Source of the DNA: Ruditapes philippinarum
Taxonomy: Eukaryota
Direction of reading: 5' to 3'
Length of the DNA stretch: 64,000 bases
NCBI RefSeq assembly: GCF_026571515.1
Contig: NW_026852427.1
Span: forward strand, 62,001 to 126,000
Part shown: piece after piece, positions 1-11,534 of the stretch
How positions within the stretch are numbered: position 1 is the first letter of the stretch
Layout of the letters: each line of letters starts with the position of its first letter
Notes under the pieces: model-generated
Database searches by the model: none
What the model was told of the DNA's origin: nothing
What the model saw: the letters and a program-made list of their open reading frames with translations, nothing else
Position numbers and translations under genes: made by a program

Positions 1-538
1 AATGTCCTTAAACTTGTATTAAGTAATATAATTTATGAAGTCTCAAAAATATCATATTCCGAATTGTTATTTCTAACATGTGCACAGTTAAAAGGGACAG
101 CTTCTGCCTTATTTATTGTAATGGAGGGACACCAGTATCAACCTCGTGGTCTCGGGCAGGGTCAACGGACTACAGACTTTTCAGTAGATAGTTTCAAGTT
201 TCAACCTAAAGAGCGTCCAAGCCTCCAGGTCACATGATATAAAGTACACATCTTCTGTTAAGTATGTAGGTGCAAGTATTGATACAAAAATATGTAGGTG
301 TCGCCTTTGATGCTGTGCATCAATGCTTTTCTTATTGAACTATTTCATCACCCTTTATAGTCAAAACCAGTACTTTACGTTTTTTACCTCACTTGCTTAA
401 CTGCAGTTTAAGCGGACCATTATGTAAACACTTTAATAATGCGATTCAACTGTAAAACTAAGCACATCAAATACAATGGTTTGTTGGCAAACAGATAATA
501 AGTATATAACACAATTATATATGCTTTTTACATTACAG

Positions 539-1396
539 TTAAAAAACAACACAATACACATAAGCCAAGGAGACAAAGTAACACTTCTTCAGATGAGACA
601 TAAGGCGTTGACCGAACTTGACGACAAAACAGCAGAGTCATTGCGTAATCTCGATGAGAAAGCATTTGCTGTACAACAAGATGTAAATGCAGTTAAGGAT
701 GCCGCTTTAGCTGATGTTAAAAGCGCTGGGGCATCGGTAAAAGAATCATTTATTGTAGAAAAAAAGGTTGCCATATTTGACATTACCACAGCCAAGAAAC
801 AGGGAGTACAGGACATTGCTGGGAAGATTACTGATGGTATATCTGAAATTACCACAGCCGGGGAACAGGCAAAACATGACATTGCTGGGAAGACATCGGA
901 GGGTTTATCTGAAATAAACACAGCCGGGGAACAGGCAAAACAAGACATTGCTGGGAAGACATCGGAGGGTTTATCTGAAATAAACACAGCCGGGGAACAG
1001 GCAAAGCAAGACATTGCTAAGAAGACATCGGATGGTTTATCTGAAATAAACACAGCCGGGGAACAGGCAAAACAAGACTTTGCTTGGAAGACATCGGAGG
1101 GTTTATCTGAAATAAACACAGCCGGGGAACAGGCAATACAAGATATTTATGAGGCAAAAAACGATATTGATGAGCAGAAAAGAGAAGCTATTTCTGATAT
1201 TCATAATGTAAAAGAAGACGTTTTATCTGAAATTAACAAGACTGGTTCTGAAGCAAAAGCAAATGTTCTAACGGGGGCTAGTCCTGTTTTGCCTGATATG
1301 AGCGTACAAGTTGTTTCAAAAGAATCCATTTTCCAAAAAGGTATTCGGAAGCTAGGAAAGGTGTTCAGACCTTCAAGTTCTAAGTCACATTTTAAG
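539..1396 (+). CDS. Internal exon of NLR-like gene; coiled-coil/amphipathic region with 22-aa tandem repeats
   Basis: Lies in ORF 476..1426; acceptor ttttacattacAG ends at 538, donor AAG|GTTGGT at 1396/1397 (phase 0); joins in frame via exon 4565-4595 to the NACHT exon. Start codon is upstream of the window. Confidence 0.75.
812..1141 (+). repeat. Coding minisatellite, 5 x 66 bp (DIAGKTSEGLSEINTAGEQAKQ)
   Basis: Units start at 812, 878, 944, 1010, 1076; near-identical at DNA level, with degenerate units on both flanks. Confidence 0.95.
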
Positions 1397-1473
1397 GTTG
1401 GTTTTTTGTTCAATGCTTCATATTAACTTATATAATTTACTTACTCTAGTTATTGTCTATATGTAGCAATAGT

Positions 1474-1770
1474 GGGGTGTCCGTGGCCGAGTTGTTAAGG
1501 TCGTTGATTTCAAACCAATTGCCCCTCTTCACTAGGGGTTCGAATCCCGACAGGAACGTTGGATTCTTTCATGTGAGGAATCTATCCAGCTAGCTTACGA
1601 AACGCCGGTGGTTTTACTTAGGAACAGAACAATGACAGAACAATCATGACAGAACAATCCAAGGAAGGGCACCGGAGGTCTTCCTCCACCAATAAATCTG
1701 AAATGTCGCCAAATGACCTATACTGTGTCGTCGTGACGTAAACCCAATCAAACAAACAATCAAACAAACA
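1474..1770 (+). mobile_element. tRNA-derived SINE (Meta-like core), (CAAA)n tail
   Basis: A box GTGGCCGAGTTGTTAAGG, B box GGTTCGAATCCC, body, tail AAACCCAATCAAACAAACAA; internal short triplication GACAGAACAAT at ~1624-1660. Confidence 0.85.
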
Positions 1771-1812
1771 TGAAGCAAAAGCTACGAAGTACTCTTTTGA
1801 TTTTTATCTTTA

Positions 1813-1935
1813 TTTGTTTGTTTTGTTTGGATTTTATGTCGCACCAAAAGTAAACAGTACAAGTCATATGGTGACTTTTTGTTTAAATTGTGGAGGAAGA
1901 CCTCGGCTACCACTCCGTGCATTATTTCAGAGACG
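1813..1935 (-). mobile_element. 3' half of a related SINE in inverted orientation
   Basis: GTGGAGGAAGACCTC is the reverse complement of GAGGTCTTCCTCCAC at ~1676; (TTTG)n tail on its left. Confidence 0.7.
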
Positions 1936-2065
1936 AGCCAAGATTCGATAATACCTTTAATTATTTACCGAAAGTCATGACTATATTGTTTCTTGTTTCT
2001 TTGTTTAGTTTCGAAGCATAAACAATCTTTTTATTCTCCCTGGAGGCAGTCCATCGCTCCCCTTC

Positions 2066-2345
2066 TCTTGTCCGGGACATAGCTCTAAAACTTCAAGAGG
2101 CATCATTAAGAAACTTTGTAGGTAGATAGGCCGTATTAAGTAGAGATGCAGTGCAAAAATTACTGTAACTCTGCCTTGCCTAATATTTGAGTGATTGTCC
2201 TTTGTTCATTTTTACAATTTAAACATTATCCGGGAAATAAAGTTTGTATGAAAAAAGATCTCATTAAGTAGAAGTGAAAGCATAGAAATCGTAACTCTGC
2301 CTTACCTTATATCAGAGTGATAGCCCTTTCTGTGTTACGGGCATT
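2066..2345. repeat. Fragment of satellite-like core repeats of a Helentron-type element
   Basis: TTGTCCGGGACATA.CTCTAAAA...GTAACTCTGCCTT unit shared with the array at 26381-27088. Confidence 0.65.
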
Positions 2346-3639
2346 CTTTATGATAAGATTTTCCTGTATATTTACCTCAAATTGACCTTTGCAAACTAAT
2401 GACCTGGATCTTGAATGTTTATTTAGTGGATTTTCATTTATTTTTGCTAAATGTAACTTGATAATTATTGAAAGGGTTATCTTCATACTTGGACAAAAAC
2501 ATTTTGGACAAGGTTTTCTTACACATTGAATTTCTTTCGACCTTGAGCTTTAAATGACATTGACCGTAAATATCGCATTATGGTTAAATTGTTATAATTC
2601 TGTTAGTTATGTACGTATTTGATTAATACTTGGACAAAACGAGGCTAGTTACAAAGCAAAGATATTGAATAATTGATATGCGACATTGTTCTGATATTGA
2701 CATTGTCCATCAATGTTAAATTAATGATTTTTATTTCTGTTACTGCCTAACTGGCTCTTATTTTACTATCTTTAAATGAATTACTTCTAGGGCTGGGGTG
2801 ATTATCCTAGAACTCGCATAGTCACAAATCAAAATGAAAAATCTAGTACGAACGAATATTTGTCAGTCCAGAGATCGTGGATCTTATTTTTTTATTACAC
2901 ATTCGCTGTTTCTCACACTTTCAAAGTATAAAAATACTATGTTTTATGTGACGTTTTCTTAAAAACAATTTGCGGGTTAAAGAGGGTTATCTGTTCTGTA
3001 CTAAAACAGACATTAAATTGGATTTTGCCATTCATGAAATGTGTATAAAACTTGACAACAGATTGTACTTGATCTTCAGAAATGTAGCACATTCAAGTTA
3101 AATATTCTTATTGCTATCATTTTTATTTCTGCTTTAATAGTCTTTGAAACATAGACCTGGAAGTGCACTTTGAAATGGTTCATCATTTTACATTGTGAGC
3201 TTTTTTGTTATATGAATTTTGGCCTACTTTCACTTTGGACAGACCTTGTGCTTGTGAAAACAAACATGGCTTACAAAGCAGAATCACCTTAAGTATAAAT
3301 TAAATCCGTTCATAAACTACATATTATGGCAATTTAACCAAAAATCATTATTTTTCCCTTGATGGACAAGGTCATTTATAGCTGAATGTCTATGTCAGTT
3401 CAATATTTTAGAAGGTCTTATCCAAAAGGTTGTTTTGTCCTAAAATGAAATGATACATTTCCGATAAACTTACCGAATTACAGCTTCTTATAGCAAATAT
3501 GAGTGAAAATGCAATAATTTGGGTAATATATGAGTAAAGATCAACTTGAAAACCCTGATCTTCAATTGTTGTGTCTAAAGTTATGAAGTCAATTGTGTGG
3601 ATTGTCGAATAATTTACGATCCGATTCGATCCACGATTC

Positions 3640-4100
3640 AGCACTTGCGATTCATAAATCGAACCATGTCTTTGATCTCCAAAATTACTTGTAAAAATTC
3701 AGTGAACATTTATAAAAGTGTGTGCATATTGTCATGATTTCTCAAAATATAGATAAATACAGAATCCCTAAAGAAAGCCCAACACGGCAAAATTGAAAAT
3801 GTAGAAGGTTCGGTGTGATTGAGCCTGTTCATGGACGGTACTGGAAAGTGTTAGTTACCGTCCACGCCCCCTAGCACCGGCTTAAGCAGAATTCAACATT
3901 TAAACATGAAATAGTAAAATTTTGAATTTAAAGCCTAATTGTGCGCTGTTCCATGCTTTTGAACATGCTTTTTCGCACAGTTATGGGCCCTTGATCATGA
4001 TTTTCAGAAAAAAATGTTTATCAAAGGTGGTCGGGCGTATATTATCAGTATTTAAGCATATATTGCGGACTTATGTCAAAGCTTCCTTTCGGGGGCATAA
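3640..4100 (+). repeat. Dispersed repeat family; inverted copies at ~31860-32470 and ~37500-37700
   Basis: Shared motif CTAGCACCGGCTTAAGCAGAATTCAACATTTAAAC and GCAAAATTGAAAATGTAGAAG; reverse complement at ~32200-32310, partial at 37515-37540. Boundaries approximate. Confidence 0.6.
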
Positions 4101-4564
4101 GCCACTGTCCATTGACAGATCTATCTTAATCTTTATTTTCAGCCGAATACCATTTGAAACTTCATAATCTTTGAGGAGTAAGGGACCATTTTATGATTTA
4201 TGAGTTTTGCTGAATTTCCATAGCTTGTAACATTTGGAAAATTTATATTCAAAATCACAAAGTTAGTTAAAGCCAAACACAACACTCTCTCTGCAAAGTA
4301 TAAGCTTTACATTTTATTTGAAGAAACAATGAGGATATAAACAAACAACAGAACGTAAGCTATTTCTTAAATTTAAGATCGTGTACTGAAACAATCACGT
4401 GGATTTGTCACCCTGTTTATAGGAGAGTTCTATCAAAATCGACATCAAGATATCCATATTAGCATTGACATAATATTAATTGTCTTACTTGAAGGAAATA
4501 ACGCTACAATATTTCTTTAACAACCATCCTTAATATCATATTTTTGACTCTCGTTCTTTTACAG

Positions 4565-4595
4565 AAGTTGCCAAGCCGAACAACCAAAGTTTCAG
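4565..4595 (+). CDS. 31-nt micro-exon of NLR-like gene (KLPSRTTKVS)
   Basis: cgttcttttacAG acceptor and CAG|GTAATT donor; phase 0 in, phase 1 out, exactly the change needed to link exon 539-1396 with exon 11535. Confidence 0.6.
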
Positions 4596-4932
4596 GTAAT
4601 TTCATTCATCTTTTCTCATTTTTGATAATAATTCAGTAGGCTGACTTGTCTTCCTTTTAAGTTAAGAATTCTTTTAAGATTTAATAATTGTTAAAGTGGT
4701 TACGACCACCACGTTCTATGAACAGAGATACAAATCTGCCAATGGGTGTAATGTAATTATCTTCGGGATTTAAAAGCGCATGTTGAACACGAGCCTGTGT
4801 TTACAAATAGTTAAATGTGACGTTACGTATGTATGAAAGAGAAGTGAACAGGAAATAGCTTTAAAGAAAGGTAATCGGCCTACATATAGTACATCTTAAA
4901 TGCCCCATACATTAAAAATATTGTCAAAGCCA

Positions 4933-5457
4933 CACTGTCAAAATTTACCGTTAAATTTACAGTCGTTTACTGGTATTCCGTAACGGGTTTAGCCCGTATA
5001 CTATTATACGGTATCGGACCCTCGTTTGCGTTGCATTGCGGGATAGCGTTCCACGGCAGCCATTTTACTATGTGTGACAAGAGGTAAAACATGTCTTACA
5101 AAAAATCCTAATTAGGACAAGAATTTGCTCGTTACGGATTTTTTGTTTCGATTTTCAAAGAACAAAAAGTTATATTTAATTGATTTTCAGAATGTCATTT
5201 GATTACTCGATCTAAAGCTTTTATAAAATTATGCTTAATATCTGAAAATTACTACCCCACCCAACTGGCAGCTGGACTCCAGCATTGATCCGTATATTTA
5301 CTGGGCCTCCGTAATGTTTAAGGCCTATAATTTTACTGCTTGACCAGTATTTTTACGCCAAAACATGTTACGGATAGCCCGTAAATATACGGGGAAGTCC
5401 TGGGAACCAGCTGCCAGGACTTTTCCCGTAAAATTTTTACGGTAAATTTTTACAGTG
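4933..5457. mobile_element. MITE with CACTG...CAGTG TIRs (CMC/EnSpm-like)
   Basis: TIR CACTGTCAAAATTTACCGT / ACGGTAAATTTTTACAGTG, 2-bp flanking duplication CA, repeated subterminal CCGTA/TACGG motifs. Confidence 0.8.
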
Positions 5458-6330
5458 CAATGTACGGCTTTGTTTTGTTTTGTAATAATACTAACATAAA
5501 ATATTTAAGATTTATAAGCGTAAAATATTGTTAAGCATTTTTATAGTTCAATATATTATTTCTTACTCTTTTATAATAGGTTTCTACTTAAGTTCCTATC
5601 GATACTACAGGGTGAACAAATAAAAGGGGTCAAATATACGAGATGTGGATGTAGGTGTGATGATTTTTAATCTCAACTTAAAATGATCTAAACAAAATAA
5701 AACAATTATTCATTTTGTGTACATTTTAACGAGGGAGCAGAAAAAGAAAAGACAATCACATCTAAAAGATATGGTTTTTCCCACCGCCTATTTTCCAAAA
5801 TAAATTCACTATTAATTAAAATTAAGTAAACCAATGCAAAAATCTAAATAATAGCAATGTAGTAGGTTTTAAACTAGTGATCGTCTGCCTCGCAAGTGAT
5901 AAAAGTATATATTGGATAGGAAAGGGAAACCAAACGGTATGCTGAATTTAAAGATATTTAAAGGAACCAATTGACATATTTCTTAAATAGAAACATATAC
6001 CACAGAAAAGTCATTGAATAAATGACCAGTACTAACGATATTACACGAGTCAGTTTGACAATGTACATCAATGATTTCAACACCGGAAATTAAACATTCA
6101 ACCTGTGACATTGACAAACAATGTACCTTACCAAATAATTGATTACTGTAAGATAATTATATACATTGGACAACACATCAGTAAATGAGTTTATATTTCT
6201 ACAGTACTACAACCAAATAAACAACATTATGAAGAAATTCACAAGCAAAGTGTTCATATAAGAAAGTGAGAAGTATCGTTTGAATTTATTCCGCTATTGT
6301 TATAATTATAGTCTGTTATGTAAAGTTTAA

Positions 6331-6668
6331 AGGCACAATATGCCTCAAAAATGCATTTTTTTAGAAATGTCAATCAGGTGTTTAAAGATATTTTAAAATG
6401 GACAAAGAGTATGTTAGATTTTTAGCTACGGAATATAGTAGCGCTATACGTACTGAGATGTGTCGTTAAAATATCAAAATGGCTGCCTATAAAATATTAA
6501 TTCTTTATATTTATTATAACAATTTCCAAAAGGAGCAAAAGAAGCAAAAGTTTCTTCATTTATATGGCAAATAAGTAGTTTTTGAAACTGTAACATGATA
6601 TAAAAAAAAAAACTTCTTGACAAATAAATATGATAGCATAAATGAAGCGCTATGGGCATAATGGGCCT
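6331..6668. mobile_element. Kolobok-type MITE
   Basis: TTAA on both flanks; 14-bp TIR AGGCACAATATGCC / GGCATAATGGGCCT (2 mismatches). Confidence 0.75.
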
Positions 6669-7199
6669 TTAAGTATATGCAATAATGTGCTCGTTTTTTT
6701 TTTTTTGTTCTGTAACACTGGTTTTATATATTTTTATGGATAATCCTCATACTTGCATACTACAACCCTTTGGGCAAGACCTTCTTGTAGACCAGATTGA
6801 AATTGTCCTTGACACCTTAATGACATTTAACTTAAATTTGATTTATAATTCGGCAAAATGTTCAAGATTCAAAAATAACATTGACCTATGAATGACCTTG
6901 ACCATAAAGGTCAAATATTGAATTTATCTGAGACTGTTAAAACTTTGTTATTCATTAACGGATTTGATTTATACTTGGATAATAGCAATCGAACCTTTAT
7001 AATGAACCCGTATGTTGAATTGTTCAAATATATCTTTAACCTTAATTTGACCTTAAAATAATTTGAAACATTGAAACGCGATATTTACACTACATATCAG
7101 ACAATGTAACGCTGTAGGGAAAACTAACACGTTGTATAAAGTACCAATAGATTTTTTTTGATTATTTTGACAGTATCTCATTTATAAATTGCAAGTTTC

Positions 7200-8335
7200 A
7201 TTACCCACTTCAAAGAAAAGGGGGTATATTGTTTTGCATTTGTCTGTCTGTCGGTCCGTCGGTCCGTAGACCAAATGGTTTTCGAGTGATAACTAAAGAA
7301 CGCTTAAGCCTAGGAACTTCAAACTTGGTATGATGATTGACCATGCCCAGTAGATGACGCTTTTTGATTTTGGGGACAAGAGATCAAAGGTCAAGGTCAC
7401 ATTGACCTTGTAGGTAAAAACGGTTTCCGATGAATAACTAAAGAACGCTTAAGCCTGGGAACTTTAAACTTGGTATGGTTATTGGTCATGACTAGCAGAT
7501 GACCCCTATTGATTTTGGGGTCAAGAGGTCAAAGGTCAAGGTCACATTGACCTTGTAGGTAAAAACGGTTTCCGATCAATAACTAAAGAACGCTTAAGCC
7601 TAGGAATTTCAAACTTGGTATGATGATCGGTAATGACCATTAGATGACCCCTATTGATTTTGGGGTCAAAGGCCAAGGTCATATTTATCTTGTTGATAAA
7701 AATAGTTGACGATCATTAACTTGACAACCCATGAGCTGTTGGCCCCAAAACTTCGTAGGTGCAATAGACTTGACAATAAAATGACCCTTATTGATTTTGG
7801 GGTCAAGAAGTCAAAGGTCAAGGTCATATTAACCTTGTAGATGAAAACAGTTTTCGATCAAGAACTTGACAAGGTCATAGCTGCTGACCCTCAAAATATG
7901 TAGCTGCATTGGTCTTGGACAGTAGATGACTCCTATTGATTTTAGGTTAAGGGTTAAGTGTCATATTGACCTTGTTCTTAGAAATGTTTTCTGACCAAAA
8001 ACTCAACAACTTAAGTTACCTTGGTTGATATTTTTATATTAAACTAAAAATGCTTTTCGTATACATTTTTGAAGGTCTTATGTAATATAACAACTTTGCT
8101 GTAATTAATGAGTCCTACATGATTCATAAAATTTATGCATATATTATTTGGTAAAATTTGTATTAACTTAATTTGCTGCACCAACCAAAAGGGGTCACAA
8201 TAATTTATTACTTGTGACTATCATACCATTTGAAAACCTTAAAAAGTTTTTTTTTCCTGGGTCAGAAGTCATACATAAAAAACCCCTGATCATGTGAGAA
8301 ATTTGGGTTCCGATAGGGGAATACATTTTTAAAAA
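7200..8335 (+). mobile_element. Helentron/HINE-type nonautonomous element with ~145-bp tandem core repeats (about 5)
   Basis: 5' small inverted repeat, (GTCT/GTCC) microsatellite at ~7242-7267, tandem units with GGTCAAAGGTCAAGGTCAC; tail shared with the copy at 22880-24070. Confidence 0.75.
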
Positions 8336-8957
8336 CTATTTTTTTTTCGTGAACGTCGCTGTCCCCGCTTTCGTTTGGAAAAAAATTTTAATGTACCCCA
8401 AAATTTTAAAAGGTACCATCATAAAAACTTAAATACTTACCATGCAAGGTCCATTGTAACCAAAGGGTGCATTTAATTCTGAAAAAAATTTGAATGCACT
8501 GTTTTTTTGATTTTGTCCCTTTTTATATAGACCCCTTGTTTTAAAAAAAACTTCTAGCGGTCTTATCGGAAAATTTTTAATGGAAAATAAATTCAATTTC
8601 GAAATAGTTAAGAGTATCAAAATATAATGTAGCGCACCAAGGAATATCTACAGTCATGTAGGTAACTGTTACAAATAAATAGGCAATAATTGCAAATATT
8701 ACAATGTATTTAAACCTTTCACTATTTATATAATTTCATTAAAATGGAAAATGCTCCCAAGTGAACTCGATTTTTTCAGAGACACTCCATCTCGGACACC
8801 TTTACTAAACATTCATAGTTAATTATCTAAACATAAATATTTAATTGAAAGGTACTTTTTCACTTATTTTCCTATGTCTTGATAGTTTACATAGATCACC
8901 AAAATGATAAATAGTTAGATATATTAAGATTTTGATTCAGTAGATATGTACTTTTAA

Positions 8958-9318
8958 AGCTGCACGCTTTCAGATGAACAAAAATATTTCGATAAAATCA
9001 AACCTGAGAAAAATGTTTTAAAATTTTTTGAAAAATATAAAGTTTCAAAATTTTAGTAGTAATTTATATGTTATGTGGCAATTAATGACAAAATATGTCA
9101 GTATTTATAACTATATTTCTACTGCGTTACTAACGCAGTAAGGGGCTATTTCTGCATATTGTGGACCTCTTTATGGTTATTTAAATGAGTTTTATGTAAC
9201 CATTGATAATGTGTAAATTGAATTCTTTTGGTAACGTCAAAATAATATACTGTTAAATAATTTCAAATGTTTTTTATTGAAAATTAGCATGAATCTGGAA
9301 TCTGTGAGGCGTGCTGCT
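8958..9318 (-). mobile_element. Kolobok-type MITE (family with 19823, 60517, 60869)
   Basis: TTAA TSD; termini AGCTGCACGC / GCGTGCTGCT; internal palindrome TACTGCGTTACTAACGCAGTA. Confidence 0.85.
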
Positions 9319-11534
9319 TTAAGATAAATGTAATGCTTTTTTGCTTTGGTGTACTTTCATGGGCAGCATTAGGGGCCTGCATCTATTCTATAATTGCTGA
9401 ATATAATATTTTGTTTCATAATTCAAACATAATGACTTAATTGTATGTTGAACTTGATTGATTTAAGGTATAAAAACATCAAAATTGTAAGTTTATGAAC
9501 ATGATGAGAGTCTATCTAGCGGTGATGTAAATCATTTTTGTCGCGATAAAAAGTTAAAAAAATGAGTTGCTGCTATTTCATGGCAATTACATGTATTACA
9601 TAAATTGACAACTTTGACAATTTAAAGACTGACATTTTATGTATGCTTTTTTTTACCTTGAACATAACAAATAAAATGAACCAGAAACCAAATAACAATA
9701 ATTAATATTTGGTGTACATATTTTCGCTTGAAATAGCATTTGATAATTACTATTGTTCATTTTAGGTTTTGTAATAGATATTTACCTTGGCTGATTTTTG
9801 TAGAAACAGCATATTAACTTAATTGTGTTTTAAAATGTGTGCGTACATGACAAGAGATAAGGTTGACTATAGATGAATCATTAATGAACCAATTCTGGAA
9901 CGATTCTGCTCACTGAACTGGGAATCTGAGCTATGACATCTATAGGGAAATAATATTACCCACAGATAGGTAATATTAATGATAACTGTCAGTTTGCAGG
10001 TTTTTTTTCTTTGGGGTGGGTGTTAGTGATCTGTATCTATACATATAAAATAGAACGGTAAATTTTATTTACGTGCCAGTTTTTGTAATAGAAAATGAAT
10101 ATAACACACATGCGCACGCACGCACGATTGTACATACAAAACAAAGCAATATTAAAAGTTGTCTTTACCATCGCAGTTTTCTTTAGTAGCAATCAGCAAA
10201 ATCCCTTGCCAAGCAGGAAGGCACATCTTATAAGGTAACCAATACTGTAAAAGGCAAACTTATACAATTCAACAAAATTTGTGAGTTCTACCAAGATATG
10301 CAAAAAAGTGATCTTAACCAACACTTATGATTCCTTCTATTATTCCCCTTAAAGTCGACGGGGGACAAGGTAGTAGTCTTCTTTCGTCCTTCCGTTCCAT
10401 CATTTAACTCTGGAGTAGAGCTGGATATGAACACTGGATATATCGCAGTTAGGAGGAATGCAATGAACAATGATATGCATCAATTTGAAGTAATTGTCCT
10501 TTGTTCAGTTTTTGCATAATTGTTAAGACAATAACTCATAAAGGATTAAAAAAATACTAAGGTTAGTTTGCAAGGACCATACCTCTAATATAATATCTCT
10601 TCTAACAATAACTCTAATATAATACCTCTTCTTACAACGAATAAATCGCCAAGGTGCACAACTACACAGATGCTGATCAACATTCCTGTAATGTACGTTT
10701 GCTCACAAGCCTAAGCATTGCGTTTTTTGGAGCTGAATGAGACATATCATAGACATTTCAACGCGTGGACGAACGTACAAGATGACAAAATCATATGTAA
10801 ATGCCAACCCCACCAGCACCCCCGCCCCCTTCCAGTGCAGGGACATAAAACATCCTTCTTACAATTATGTAGGATATACTGGTAAATTATGATTATACGG
10901 TCATCAGTACTGCACTGCTCAACTCTGTGCTGAATATAAGCGATAATATTTCCCTTAAAAACATTTTAGCTTCTTTTTTTAATATGTCAGTGTATCTTTT
11001 CAAAAGATATCTCTTGTTTCTCCTATACAGTTTTACGTCAGAGGAAAGTCTATTTTAAGATTGATGTCTATTACAGTTAGGCCAGTGCAAAGTTCCTTCC
11101 GTGCATTTCAAATTCATAATTTAGTAAAGACAGCAGCTGTACAAGCTGTCCAAAAACTTATCGTGATTTTATAAAATTCAGATAGAATCGATAAAAAAAT
11201 AAAGTGAGATGCTCTGCAAATACAACAATATGAGGTATTGTATTCTAAAAACATGTTATATGAGTTTAAATTAAATTAATTAGATCTGTTCGTCTGCTAC
11301 GTAAATTAGGAAGGTAGCAGACGAACACGTTTATTAAGGAAATCTGAAAAAGAAGAAGTTGTTGTTGTTGTTGTTGCTTGTTGATTTTATTTTTAATTTA
11401 GAGGATCTACAGTTTAAATTTATTTTGTTTTGATTTGAACCGTGCCGCTACTATAAATGTATTTATAAAAGCATGCGTTTTTTCTTGTATTTTCATAAAC
11501 ATCATAAATATATCTATTTTTCTTCTTTTTTCAG

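Noticed and set aside
476-538. ATG at 476 as gene start
   Set aside because: A good splice acceptor ends at 538 and the upstream part looks intronic; an internal exon is more likely, though not proven.
589-1119. 176-aa minus-strand ORF with repeats
   Set aside because: Antisense shadow of the 66-bp coding repeat; no independent evidence.
812-1141. CRISPR-like or regularly spaced repeat array
   Set aside because: Contiguous tandem coding repeats with no unique spacers; eukaryotic context and no cas genes.
1474-1555. Functional tRNA gene (also at 27290-27364, 35330-35399, 39095-39172)
   Set aside because: No complete cloverleaf; each continues into a SINE body and tail.
5607-5630. TACAGGGTG as Tc1/mariner terminus
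   Set aside because: No matching opposite terminus found nearby.
11435-11534. Hydrophobic N-terminus of the 910-aa ORF as signal peptide or TM helix
   Set aside because: It is the translated polypyrimidine tract of the intron; the exon starts at 11535.
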